A stretch of 43,366 nt of DNA from Bacteroidota bacterium. Lineage in GTDB: Bacteria; Bacteroidota; Ignavibacteria; SZUA-365. Position numbers and translations under genes: made by a program. Of this stretch, positions 24,793 through 37,137 are shown one piece after another. Under the pieces are notes generated by a model, which saw nothing but the letters and a program-made list of their open reading frames with translations, searched no databases and had not been told where the DNA came from. Numbering within the stretch: position 1 is the stretch's first letter; every line of letters starts with the position of its first letter. The stretch spans positions 1 to 43,366 of the forward strand of contig JAGTUZ010000199.1 in assembly GCA_018224415.1 (NCBI GenBank). Reading direction: 5' to 3'.

Positions 24793-25929
24793 ATGATTCT
24801 CAACCGCATCAGTATCACAAATCTCCGAAACCACGGACATACAGAAATCGACTGTCCCAACGGCACGCTGCTCCTTCTCGGGGAGAACGGCGCCGGAAAG
24901 ACATCCGTGCTGGAAGCGATATCCCTGCTCTGCACTTCGCGGAGTTTCGTCACACATATGGACCGCAGCGTGCTGCGGCGGGATGCTGCCCGCTTCGAGG
25001 TGACAGGGAACTTCACGTCGTCGTCTGCTTCGGCGCGGAGTGTGCGTGTGCGGTATGATGCGGACCCCGGGCGCAAGCAGCTGGAGATGGACAACGCTCC
25101 GCTCCCTGCGGCGTCGGATCTGATCGGAATCTTTCCACTTGTGGCGCTCTCGCCGCAGCATCGCCCGATCACGGCGGGAGGTCCCGGCGAACGCCGCTCC
25201 TTCATCGACTTCGTCATCTCACAGCTCCACCACCGTTATCTTCTGGATCTGATCGCCTACCGGCGCATTCTCCGGCAGCGCAACGCGTTGCTCGCCGACC
25301 ACGACCGGCGTCCCGCGGATGTACGTGCCACCCTCGAGGCCTGGGATGCATCCCTGGCCGAATCCGCAGTTCGTATTCTCCGGCATCGGCAGCGTTTTGT
25401 GGAGGAGTTTGTCCCGTATCTGAAGGCGAGCATGCAGGGCATGATCGGTGACCGCGAGGAAGTCGCACTGCACTATGTACCGACGGTGGAGATAGACATC
25501 GCGGCGGAAGACGCGACGGAAGCATATCGTGCTGTCCTTGCCCGGCGTTTCGAAACCGACCTGCGGCGGGGCAGCACAACGGTGGGTCCACATCGCGACG
25601 AACTCGACATCCTGCTCAATGATCTCGATGTCCGTGCGCACGCCTCGCAGGGCCAGCACAAGACCGTGCTCATTTCATTGAAACTCGCCGAATATCGATA
25701 TCTCGATGCGCAGCTCGACGAAACGCCGATCCTTCTGCTCGACGACGTGTTCAGCGAACTCGACGACGAACGGCTGGCCAACGTGCTGCGCATGGTGGAT
25801 GATCTCGGGCAGACCTTCATCACCACGGCCAATCAGTCCACCCTCCGTGCCTTCCCGCAACGCGAGCACCGGAACCACACGCTGCGCATCGAGGCAGGCG
25901 CCGTCTATAGCATGGCGGAGGTAGCATGA
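24793..25929 (+). CDS. recF: DNA replication and repair protein RecF
   Basis: Motifs are the Walker A in ISITNLRNHGHTEIDCPNGTLLLLGENGAGKTSVLEAI, GPHRDEL, the signature SQGQHKT, and the Walker B LLLDDVFSELD. Confidence 0.93.
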   Translation: MILNRISITNLRNHGHTEIDCPNGTLLLLGENGAGKTSVLEAISLLCTSRSFVTHMDRSVLRRDAARFEVTGNFTSSSASARSVRVRYDADPGRKQLEMDNAPLPAASDLIGIFPLVALSPQHRPITAGGPGERRSFIDFVISQLHHRYLLDLIAYRRILRQRNALLADHDRRPADVRATLEAWDASLAESAVRILRHRQRFVEEFVPYLKASMQGMIGDREEVALHYVPTVEIDIAAEDATEAYRAVLARRFETDLRRGSTTVGPHRDELDILLNDLDVRAHASQGQHKTVLISLKLAEYRYLDAQLDETPILLLDDVFSELDDERLANVLRMVDDLGQTFITTANQSTLRAFPQREHRNHTLRIEAGAVYSMAEVA

Positions 25930-25957
25930 CGTGCAGCGCGCAGATGACGTGCAGCGC
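25926..25957. repeat. Direct duplication of atgacgtgcagcgc at an 18-bp period, spanning the recF stop codon
   Basis: Copies sit at 25926-25939 and 25944-25957, separated by gcag. The recF TGA (25927-25929) lies in copy 1. Confidence 0.8.
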
Positions 25958-25978
25958 ACGCGTGAAGGGAGGACGGTC

Positions 25979-26268
25979 GTGAAACGCCCCTGGAAGACGC
26001 AGACGATCGGCGCGGCCATGCGACAGGCCATCGAACGACAGGGTCTCGAACGCGGCATCGCAGAACAACGCCTGATCCATCAGTGGCCGGAACTGGTCGG
26101 TCCTGCCATCGCCACCCATGCGACGCCGCAGCGGCTGCGCGGCGGTGTGCTCTGGCTGCAGGTCGAGGATGCCGCATGGCGGCAGGAACTCAGTCTCATG
26201 CGCAGGGAACTCATCGCAAAGATCAACGCATGGGCTGGCGAGGAAATGGTAAAGGAGCTTCGCCTGAG

Positions 26269-26272
<4 letters not shown>
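25979..26272 (+). CDS. DUF721 (DciA-like) domain protein
   Basis: Frame of ORF 25931..26272. I prefer GTG 25979, which is preceded by GGGAGGA. The conserved core is LIHQWPELVGPAIATHATPQRLRGGVLWLQVEDAAWRQELSLMRRELIAKIN. It occupies the classical recF-gyrB neighbourhood of DUF721 genes. Confidence 0.75.
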
Positions 26273-29683
<3,411 letters not shown>

Positions 29684-29707
29684 TCCGTGCGGAACATCGG
29701 AGCATTC

Positions 29708-31033
29708 ATGCGAACAACGCCATTTCTCATTCTGCTGATCCTGCTTATTCTCGGCGCACCCGCCACGGCACAGCCGGGGCGGGATAGCGATCCGCGGCTG
29801 CGCTACGGGGGAATGCAGTACGCCGAGGCGGTCTGCTTTCCCTCGGATTCGGCAGGCCTGGCGCGGGTGGATGTGTTCGTGCGCGTCTCCTACGATTTCA
29901 TGATTTTCACCCGCAGCAACGGCGACGGTGCCTCCGCCCGGTACGCGGCCGCCGCGGAAGTCAGCAGCAGCCTTCGCCAGGCCGGTACGACTGTGCGTAC
30001 GGGAACCATCGTCGCGCAGACCAGGGCCGAGGACTACAACACAACGATCCGACGCGACCAATACCTGATGCTTCGCCAGACATTTCATGTGCCCCCCGGG
30101 GAATATGAACTCCTCGTCGAAATCGCCGACCGCGGATCAACCAGGCAGTCTGTCGTGAAACAACGGGTTCGCGCAAGACGCTTCGCAAGCGGCGAACGGC
30201 GGATCGGCGAACCGTTTGCGTTGCAGCGTGCGTCCACCGAAGGCAGCTACAGTGTCTTCGCTTTCGGGCAGGCACTGCCCTTTGCCGAAGTCGCGTTGAT
30301 CGGTGTTCCTGTCCCGACCGGCATGACCGCCGACTGGAAGATGCGTCTGACCGCGACAGATGGAGAAACCGATGAGGGCGAAACGGTTTTCGACACTTCC
30401 GTCCAGCCCATCGACCGTCTTTCCGGTGTGATCCCCTCGGGCGATCCGGGCGTTGTCAATGATTTTCGTTTGCACGACGGGGGCGCGACCGGTGATCTTC
30501 TTGTGTTTTCGCTTCCCTTCGAAGGGTTCGACACCGGCCGCTATCTTTTACATGTACGGGCGCAATGGGAGGGGGGCAGTGATACGGTTTCCGTGCCCGT
30601 TCGCATCCTGTGGAGAGACATGCCCTTCTCGATGCGGGACATCGAATTCGCCATCGACGCCATGCGGTTCATTCTCACGAAGGATGAATACGAGAGAATC
30701 AAAGATGGAGACGAACGGGACATGCAGCGGGCGTTCCGCCGCTACTGGAAAGAACATGACAATGCACCAGAAACCGAACACAACGAAATGATGACCGAGT
30801 ATTTCCGGAGAGTCGACGAGGCGTATTATCGCTTCCAGACACTCTACGTGCGCAACGGCATACAGACGGACCGGGGGAAGGTCTATGTCCTGTTTGGTCC
30901 GCCCGAGGACATCCAGCGCATCATGAGCATCGAGGAACCGCTCATGGAAATTTGGAGCTATCCCTCGCTGGAGAAGAGCTTTCGCTTCGTTGACAGGGAA
31001 AGAGACGGAAACCTGCGACTCATGGAGGAATGA
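29708..31033 (+). CDS. GWxTD domain-containing exported protein
   Basis: ORF 29687..31033 trimmed to ATG 29708 (MRTTPFLILLILLILGAPATAQ). The C-terminal signature is NGIQTDRGKVYVLFGPPEDIQR...MEIWSY, which corresponds to the GWxTD-domain core with the W replaced. Confidence 0.75.
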   Translation: MRTTPFLILLILLILGAPATAQPGRDSDPRLRYGGMQYAEAVCFPSDSAGLARVDVFVRVSYDFMIFTRSNGDGASARYAAAAEVSSSLRQAGTTVRTGTIVAQTRAEDYNTTIRRDQYLMLRQTFHVPPGEYELLVEIADRGSTRQSVVKQRVRARRFASGERRIGEPFALQRASTEGSYSVFAFGQALPFAEVALIGVPVPTGMTADWKMRLTATDGETDEGETVFDTSVQPIDRLSGVIPSGDPGVVNDFRLHDGGATGDLLVFSLPFEGFDTGRYLLHVRAQWEGGSDTVSVPVRILWRDMPFSMRDIEFAIDAMRFILTKDEYERIKDGDERDMQRAFRRYWKEHDNAPETEHNEMMTEYFRRVDEAYYRFQTLYVRNGIQTDRGKVYVLFGPPEDIQRIMSIEEPLMEIWSYPSLEKSFRFVDRERDGNLRLMEE

Positions 31034-31034
31034 C

Positions 31035-32024
31035 ATGCTGCCTATCATTGCCATCAGCATCGGAGACGTTCATGGGATCGGTCCCGAAGTGATCCTGAAG
31101 GCTTTTGATCGTTCCGAGCTGTTCGACATCTGTCGTCCCGTCGTGTTCGGTCCTGCCGAAGTGATGCAATATTCCCGCTCAAAACTCGGTATCGCGGTGG
31201 ACCTCATGGAGATCGACGCTCCCGCCGGGGCAAAAGAACGAAGCATCGGTGTCATCGACGTCCCCGGGCAATTCGATCCCGCTGGGATCGGTGCTCCGTC
31301 GGCCGAGAGCGGCCGTATCAGCGTGGCCGCGATCGAAGCCGCTTTCGAGGCGGTCCGCTCGGGCGCGGCGCAAGCTCTGGTCACCGCACCGATTTCAAAG
31401 GAAGCCATCGCAATGGCGGGGAGCAGCTATCGGGGACACACCGAGATGCTCGCCGCGCTCTGCGACAGCGATGACGTGCTGATGATCCTGAGCAGCAACA
31501 CGATGAACGTGGGTCTCGTGACCATCCATGTTCCTCTTGCGGAGGTCGCGGCATTGATCACCACCGACCGCGTCACCCGGACGATTCGAATCGGACACCG
31601 CGCCATGCGGGAGGATTTCGCCATTGAGGACCCTAAAATCGCCATTCTTGCTCTCAACCCCCACGCCGGTGACGGCGGTCTGCTCGGTGGCGAGGAGGCC
31701 GCGGTGATCGCACCGGCCGTCGCGGCGGCGGTGGAGGAGGGTTTCGATGTCGAGGGGCCGTTCCCGGCCGACGGATTCTTCTCCGCCCACACGCAGCAGA
31801 TGTACGACCTGATCATCGCGATGTATCACGACCAGGGGCTTGTGCCGTTCAAGCTGCAGGCAAAAGGACGGGGCGTGAATATCAGCGCCGGACTGCCGAT
31901 CGTGCGAACCTCACCCGACCACGGCACCGCCTACAATATTGCCGCGCTTGGCATTGCCAACGCCGAGAGCATGAAGGAGGCCGTCTATTTTGCCCGGACC
32001 ATCGCGATGAACAGATTGCCGTAA
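31035..32024 (+). CDS. pdxA: 4-hydroxythreonine-4-phosphate dehydrogenase
   Basis: ORF 30990..32024 trimmed to ATG 31035, 1 nt after the upstream stop. Motifs are IAISIGDVHGIGPEV, GHTEMLA, LNPHAGDGG, MYHDQGLVPFK and VRTSPDHGTAYNIA. Confidence 0.92.
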   Translation: MLPIIAISIGDVHGIGPEVILKAFDRSELFDICRPVVFGPAEVMQYSRSKLGIAVDLMEIDAPAGAKERSIGVIDVPGQFDPAGIGAPSAESGRISVAAIEAAFEAVRSGAAQALVTAPISKEAIAMAGSSYRGHTEMLAALCDSDDVLMILSSNTMNVGLVTIHVPLAEVAALITTDRVTRTIRIGHRAMREDFAIEDPKIAILALNPHAGDGGLLGGEEAAVIAPAVAAAVEEGFDVEGPFPADGFFSAHTQQMYDLIIAMYHDQGLVPFKLQAKGRGVNISAGLPIVRTSPDHGTAYNIAALGIANAESMKEAVYFARTIAMNRLP

Positions 32025-32048
32025 CCGACTCGCAGCACGGAGCCGTCC

Positions 32049-32705
32049 ATGATCGAATTTCACAATGTCCGCCTGACTCTCGGGAAACAGGACATCTTCG
32101 ATCGCGCCAATCTCCTGATATCGGAGGGGGAATTCGTGTATGTGATCGGCGAGACAGGCATCGGCAAGAGCTCCTTTCTCCGACTGTTGTATATGGACAC
32201 CTTGCCGAACTTCGGAAGGGTACGCATCGGTGGCTATGATTCCTCGAACATCACACGCCATCAGATTCCATTTCTCCGCCGGACGATCGGCATTGTGTTT
32301 CAGGACTTCCGGCTGCTCGAGGATCGCAACGTCTTCGACAACGTCGCCTTCGCCTTGCATGTCACCGGTGCACGATCACAGTTCATCGCCTCCAAGGTAC
32401 ATCATTTGCTGGCCGAGGTCGGTCTTTCATCGAAGGAGTTTTCCATGCCCGACGATTTGAGCGGCGGTGAGAAACAGCGTGTGGCGATCGCCCGGGCGCT
32501 TGCCAACGACCCGGTCATTCTTCTCGCGGACGAACCCACCGGCAATCTCGACCCATCGGCATCGCGCGACATCCTCGGCATATTCGATCGCATCAATCAC
32601 CGCGGTACCGCAGTGATCATGGCGACACATGACTACAGCCTCCTGGCCCAGCGGCCGGGACGTGTGATCAAGATCCAGAACCGCAATTTCTATGACGTGG
32701 TCTGA
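32049..32705 (+). CDS. ftsE: Cell-division ABC ATPase FtsE
   Basis: Motifs are the Walker [21 protein letters not shown], the signature [15 protein letters not shown], the Walker [13 protein letters not shown] and the H-loop ATHD. It is 218 aa. No ftsX follows it. Confidence 0.88.
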   Translation: MIEFHNVRLTLGKQDIFDRANLLISEGEFVYVIGETGIGKSSFLRLLYMDTLPNFGRVRIGGYDSSNITRHQIPFLRRTIGIVFQDFRLLEDRNVFDNVAFALHVTGARSQFIASKVHHLLAEVGLSSKEFSMPDDLSGGEKQRVAIARALANDPVILLADEPTGNLDPSASRDILGIFDRINHRGTAVIMATHDYSLLAQRPGRVIKIQNRNFYDVV

Positions 32706-32732
32706 CGGCCGCATGGCAGGCAGAGGCAGGCA

Positions 32733-34520
32733 GTGACCGTGGACGATGCAACGTTTCATCATACCCTCCAGATCGCGGACACGGATTTCGTCATCTGCGA
32801 CGTCGAAACCACGGGTCTGCATCCCGAGCGCAACCGCCTCACGGAAATCGCCCTTCTGCGGCTGCGTGGCGGTGAGATTATCGATCGCTACAGCACACTT
32901 CTCAACCCACGACAGTTCATCCCCCACGAAGTACAGCGCCTGACCGGCATCAGCAACGAGATGGTCTACACTGCGCCCGACGCCATCCAGGTGATGCCGG
33001 CAGTGCGGCGCTTCATCGGTGATGCCGTGTTTGTCGGACATAACGTGCGTTTCGACCGTTCCTTTGTCGACGCCACACTGCGTCGCTGCGGAGTCGAAAC
33101 GCTGCAGGTGCCTTCATTGTGCACGGCGCGGCTTGCACGCCGCCTGATCCCGGAGAAAAGCCGCAAGTCGCTCGGCGCGCTGGCAGCGCATTATCACATT
33201 CGCATCCGCAACCGCCACCGTGCGGAAGGTGACGCCGAGGCAACGGCGCAAGTGTTCCTGCGATTCCTGCAGCTGCTCGATGAGGAGTTCGATACACACG
33301 AGACGGCGGAACTGCTGTCGTTCCAGCACCGTCAGATCTACCGGATCACCGGTGCGCCGAAGTACTTTACGCGGCTGCAGGAGAATCTGTCCGATCTGCC
33401 ACATACGCCGGGAGTGTACTTCTTCCACGACAAGCGGGGCAACGTGCTGTACATCGGCAAGGCACGCGACCTGAAGGAACGAGTGAGTTCGTACTTCTAT
33501 CACAACATCGGGCACACGGAAAAAATCCGCCGTCTCGTGCGTGGCGTGCATGGTATCACCTGGAAATCGCTGGAGACGGAGCTCTCCGCCCTGCTCACCG
33601 AATCGAGACTGATCAAACAGCATCAGCCACCGTACAACACGCAGCTCAAGCGCTACAGGAAGTACCCCTTCATCCGTATCGACGCCGCCGACGACTGGCC
33701 CACGATCGGTTGGTGCTACGATCTCGCCGATGATGGGGCGGAGTATTTCGGTCCGTTTCGTTCGCGATTCGCGGTGGAAGACGCGCTCGACAGTATCAAC
33801 AAACTCTTCCTGCTTCGCGAATGCGCGGGGTCTATCCGTCCGTCACCCGATGGGGTACCCTGCCTCTATCACGACATCAAGCGCTGCGGGGCGCCATGCG
33901 CGACGATGATGTCAGGGGAGGAGTACCAGCGGGAAGTAGATGAAGTGGTCCTGTTTTTGCAAGGGGAGCAGGACGGCGTGCTCGACCGTCTGCGCGGGCG
34001 CATGCACCGCCGTGCCGAGGACATGGATTTCGAAGGGGCGGCGCTGCTTCGCGACCGCATCGCCGCAGTGGAACGCATCATCCGTCAACAGCGGCTCATG
34101 GTGCAGTCGGTACGGAAACAAAATATCATCATCGTCACACTCGCCCGGCGGCGGAACGTGGAGATCCATTTCATCCGCATGGGCATGCTGGCGGCACAGA
34201 CGCTTGTCGACCAGAAGCAACTGCCCCTGAAGGATCTTCGCACATTGAGCGATGATATCTACTTTTCGCGGCAGGAAGTGCTGTTCGCGGGCGGTGTCGA
34301 GGACATCGATGAGATGCGCATCATTGCGTCATGGTGTCTGACACGCCGCGAGGAGTCCACCGTCGTCGAAGTGATGGACGGGGAGGACCTCGAGGAACTG
34401 TTGTCACGCTTGGTCGATGCGATCACCGACCTCGCTCGGGGAGGGACGCGAGAGGGGAGAGAAGAAAACGACCGCGCCGATGACGATGCCGGACAGCCCG
34501 GCGCCGCCATCGGCGCGTAA
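32733..34520 (+). CDS. Fusion protein: DnaQ-like DEDDh 3'-5' exonuclease + GIY-YIG/UvrC-N-terminal-like (Cho-type) endonuclease + UVR motif
   Basis: The exonuclease motifs are FVICDVETTGL (ExoI), FVGHNVRFD (ExoII) and HRAEGDAEA (ExoIII). The GIY-YIG motifs are PGVYFFHDKRGNVLYIGKARDLKERV...E...LIKQHQPPYN. The UvrC-like Cys motif is YHDIKRCGAPC, and the UVR-like helix is FEGAALLRDRIAAVERI. The start is GTG. Confidence 0.85.
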   Translation: MTVDDATFHHTLQIADTDFVICDVETTGLHPERNRLTEIALLRLRGGEIIDRYSTLLNPRQFIPHEVQRLTGISNEMVYTAPDAIQVMPAVRRFIGDAVFVGHNVRFDRSFVDATLRRCGVETLQVPSLCTARLARRLIPEKSRKSLGALAAHYHIRIRNRHRAEGDAEATAQVFLRFLQLLDEEFDTHETAELLSFQHRQIYRITGAPKYFTRLQENLSDLPHTPGVYFFHDKRGNVLYIGKARDLKERVSSYFYHNIGHTEKIRRLVRGVHGITWKSLETELSALLTESRLIKQHQPPYNTQLKRYRKYPFIRIDAADDWPTIGWCYDLADDGAEYFGPFRSRFAVEDALDSINKLFLLRECAGSIRPSPDGVPCLYHDIKRCGAPCATMMSGEEYQREVDEVVLFLQGEQDGVLDRLRGRMHRRAEDMDFEGAALLRDRIAAVERIIRQQRLMVQSVRKQNIIIVTLARRRNVEIHFIRMGMLAAQTLVDQKQLPLKDLRTLSDDIYFSRQEVLFAGGVEDIDEMRIIASWCLTRREESTVVEVMDGEDLEELLSRLVDAITDLARGGTREGREENDRADDDAGQPGAAIGA

Positions 34521-34536
34521 GTCAGGATTGCAATAA

Positions 34537-36132
34537 TCAGAACGGGCGCGTGAAGCGCAGAACGAGGTTTGGGTTGGAGGAACGGTCCAGCCGCCAGGCC
34601 GCACCGATACGGAACGCACCATCCGCACTGCCGATCGCAACACCGGCGTCACTCTTCCAATCCTCCATATAGCTGTCACCGAATTCCGCGACGTAGGCAC
34701 CGTTGTCGATGCCGCGCGTCACAAGCGGATTGACGGCGTTTACCGATCCTGCGTTCGCGAAGAAGATGAGATTCGTTGCCGCGAGAACCCGGCGGGCCCA
34801 GCCGCGAACATTGCCCACGATGGTGCTGCGCACGATGAATTCCGCACCCAACAGGGCGGCGCTGCTGCCGGAGAACTCCTTGAAACGGTATCCCGGAAGC
34901 GTGCCCGGACCGCCGAGTTCGAAGGCGCGCTGCTGGGGGACGATGCCATCACTGATGCCGCCGCGGGCACGGAGGTTCAGGCCAAGGTGTTTGCTCAGCG
35001 GCTGGTACCGTCGCAGATCGACGGTGACCTGGGAAAAAGCGAAATCTCCCGCTGCAAAGTCACCTGCTTTTTCGAATTGAAACTGTGCGTCCCATCCGTG
35101 GTCGCGAACATCAATATCGGCCAGGGTGTTCGCTCCGACCGAGAATACAAGGCTGTTGAGATTGCCCGCGTTGATCAGGGGATTGATACGAAACTGCTTG
35201 TCACCACCGAAGAAAGACCAGTTCGTGGCCCTGTTCATGTTGGCGTAGGTATCGTGGACATAACCGATTGTCGCACGGAGATCGAGGGCGTCATCACCGC
35301 GATAATACCACGCGGCCGTGGCAGTGAAACCGCGACGCTCGAAATAGTCGAGGAAATCCTCGCGCGCGAAGAGTGCTGTGATGGTGTTCTCGTCCCGGTC
35401 GAAGGACCACTGGTCTTTTGAATCGGTCAGGCTGTGGCCCTCTGCTCCGATCTCCACGATCATGTCTTCGAGATAAATAGGGACGTACAGGCCGAGGCTG
35501 TACCGCCAGGTATGGTTGGCGATTCCGTATCCGATCGAGCCGGTGCTCACCAGCCAGGGTTTGCTGTGCCAGTAGAGCCGCTTCGCCTGGGAAAGACCGA
35601 TGTACAGTCCTTCGACGCGATTGTACCGAAGGAAGGTCTCATGCAGGCGGGTCGTCAGGGGAAACATCCAGGGGTAGTTGCCCGGATACTTCTTGAAAAA
35701 GGTATCATCGAGATCGAATTGACTCTCGTTATCGTCGGACCACCAGCTCCATTCCGACCCGAAGCCATCCTCTTCTTCCTCGTTCCATTCTTCCCATTCC
35801 TCATCCCAGTTTTCCCATTCGTCCTCTCGCTCGCCGTTGATACTGCGTTCGAGCGCTTCGAGGCGGAGTTCGATATCGTCCATGCGCTGGCGTATTTCTT
35901 CGATGCGCTGGTCGCGTGCAGGAGAGTCGCTTTCTTCGCTCACCTGCTGCAGCTGTTCGCGCAGGCCGTTCAGTTCCTCGTTGAGGCGCGACTGCTCGGC
36001 GCGAACCTCATCGAGCGCCCGCAGACTGTCCCTTGTAGCGGGATCGTCCTGCGCGTAGGAAAGCGTGGGCAGTGCACACAGCACAATCAGAACGAGAAAG
36101 GACCGGAGGGATCGTGTGGCAAACGTCTTCAT
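34537..36132 (-). CDS. Omp85-superfamily (bacterial surface antigen) beta-barrel protein with an N-terminal coiled coil and a Trp/Glu-rich acidic segment instead of POTRA domains
   Basis: ORF 34537..36237 trimmed to ATG 36132 (MKTFATRSLRSFLVLIVLCALPTLSYAQ). Residues 33-100 are heptad-like (LRALDEVRAEQSRLNEELNGLREQLQQ...IELRLEALERSI). Then comes EDEWENWDEEWEEWNEEEEDGFGSEWSWW. The barrel motifs are RVEGLYIGL, FELGGPGTLPGYRFKEF and the C-terminal ...LVLRFTRPF. Confidence 0.75.
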   Translation of the reverse strand: MKTFATRSLRSFLVLIVLCALPTLSYAQDDPATRDSLRALDEVRAEQSRLNEELNGLREQLQQVSEESDSPARDQRIEEIRQRMDDIELRLEALERSINGEREDEWENWDEEWEEWNEEEEDGFGSEWSWWSDDNESQFDLDDTFFKKYPGNYPWMFPLTTRLHETFLRYNRVEGLYIGLSQAKRLYWHSKPWLVSTGSIGYGIANHTWRYSLGLYVPIYLEDMIVEIGAEGHSLTDSKDQWSFDRDENTITALFAREDFLDYFERRGFTATAAWYYRGDDALDLRATIGYVHDTYANMNRATNWSFFGGDKQFRINPLINAGNLNSLVFSVGANTLADIDVRDHGWDAQFQFEKAGDFAAGDFAFSQVTVDLRRYQPLSKHLGLNLRARGGISDGIVPQQRAFELGGPGTLPGYRFKEFSGSSAALLGAEFIVRSTIVGNVRGWARRVLAATNLIFFANAGSVNAVNPLVTRGIDNGAYVAEFGDSYMEDWKSDAGVAIGSADGAFRIGAAWRLDRSSNPNLVLRFTRPF

Positions 36133-36248
36133 TGAAGTGCACCTCGTTGATGAGAAAGACAGATCATCGCTTCTACGGTCGAATTGAAGAAATGTTTTTA
36201 CCGTAAAACACCGCCATTTCCTCAATCGTTCTTGCAAATCCGGTACCG

Positions 36249-36284
36249 CGAAAAAAAATCCCGCGACAGAAGCTGCCGCGGGAT
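36249..36284 (-). terminator. Rho-independent terminator downstream of 36303..37118 (minus strand)
   Basis: The minus strand reads tcccgcg-gcagcttctgt-cgcggga followed by tttttttt (the + strand A run at 36251-36258). Confidence 0.75.
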
Positions 36285-36302
36285 GACAATACGGATACGC
36301 GG

Positions 36303-37118
36303 TTATTCCCCGACGTATTCGACCTTGACGACCTGCGTGCCGGTGATGGGAATGCGCATGTTGCTTGCCGGAACCACGATGATTTGATCCATGCTCATCT
36401 CCGCGTCGAACATGACGAGCAGGCCTTCCGCGGCTGCGTACATCATGGTCGCCTTGCCGTTGCGTGTGCCCTTGACCATGAGTTCCTGGTCACCGCGAAT
36501 CATCTTGCCTTCCCGTTCGGCCTCGGATTCCAGCGCAATTTCCACGCAGTCATAACCTTCGACCGATTTCTTGCCTTTCAAGGTGTATTCACGGGTCGTC
36601 TCCTCGATGATACTGCCTTCGCCTTCTCCCGTCGTGTCGGCTTCCTCGGTGGTCCATGAACCGCCACCTGCAATTTTCCTGGCGTCGAGGCGGGGAAACA
36701 CACTCGTGGCACCGATGAGCAGGCCCACGCCTTCACTATCGATCTCACGGATGGAGCTGTCGACTTCCACCATTTGTCCGTTTCCGGTCATTTCAAAGAT
36801 CACGCTTTTCCCGGCCATGTCGGCACCGATGGACTGCGTGCCCTGCGGGGATTCGTTGATCATGAGCGCGTTGTTAATGGTCGCCTGCAGTTTGAGGTTG
36901 CCGTTCTCGAGCGTCTCCACGAGGGTGTAAGTCACGCTCATGGTCAGCTCGCTGTTGACGGTTATGGTCTGTCCGGGCATTTCCTGCATCTGCAGATTGG
37001 TCTGTTCGATGATGTACTTGTACGCCTTGCCCGGCTCGAAGCGGTAGGCGGCATCCTGGGCGTGTGCGAGTCCGACTGTCAGGAGGACGCCGATCACTAG
37101 GCTTGCAATAAATCTCAT
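36303..37118 (-). CDS. Secreted hypothetical protein (distant paralog of 37138..38022)
   Basis: ORF 36303..37217 trimmed to ATG 37118 (MRFIASLVIGVLLTVGLAHAQ). It shares blocks with the upstream gene: YRFEPGKAYKY / LRYDLKEGQEYRF, and REYTLKGKKSVEGYDCVEI / TEYTIKDFDERKGYRCLAV. The composition is predicted all-beta. Confidence 0.6.
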   Translation of the reverse strand: MRFIASLVIGVLLTVGLAHAQDAAYRFEPGKAYKYIIEQTNLQMQEMPGQTITVNSELTMSVTYTLVETLENGNLKLQATINNALMINESPQGTQSIGADMAGKSVIFEMTGNGQMVEVDSSIREIDSEGVGLLIGATSVFPRLDARKIAGGGSWTTEEADTTGEGEGSIIEETTREYTLKGKKSVEGYDCVEIALESEAEREGKMIRGDQELMVKGTRNGKATMMYAAAEGLLVMFDAEMSMDQIIVVPASNMRIPITGTQVVKVEYVGE

Positions 37119-37137
37119 TCTGTACTCCGGGGGATCG

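Noticed and set aside
32049-32732. ftsE without an adjacent ftsX, as a possible gene loss or rearrangement
   Set aside because: Separation of ftsE and ftsX is common in Bacteroidota-like genomes, and ftsX may be elsewhere. This cannot be judged from one window.
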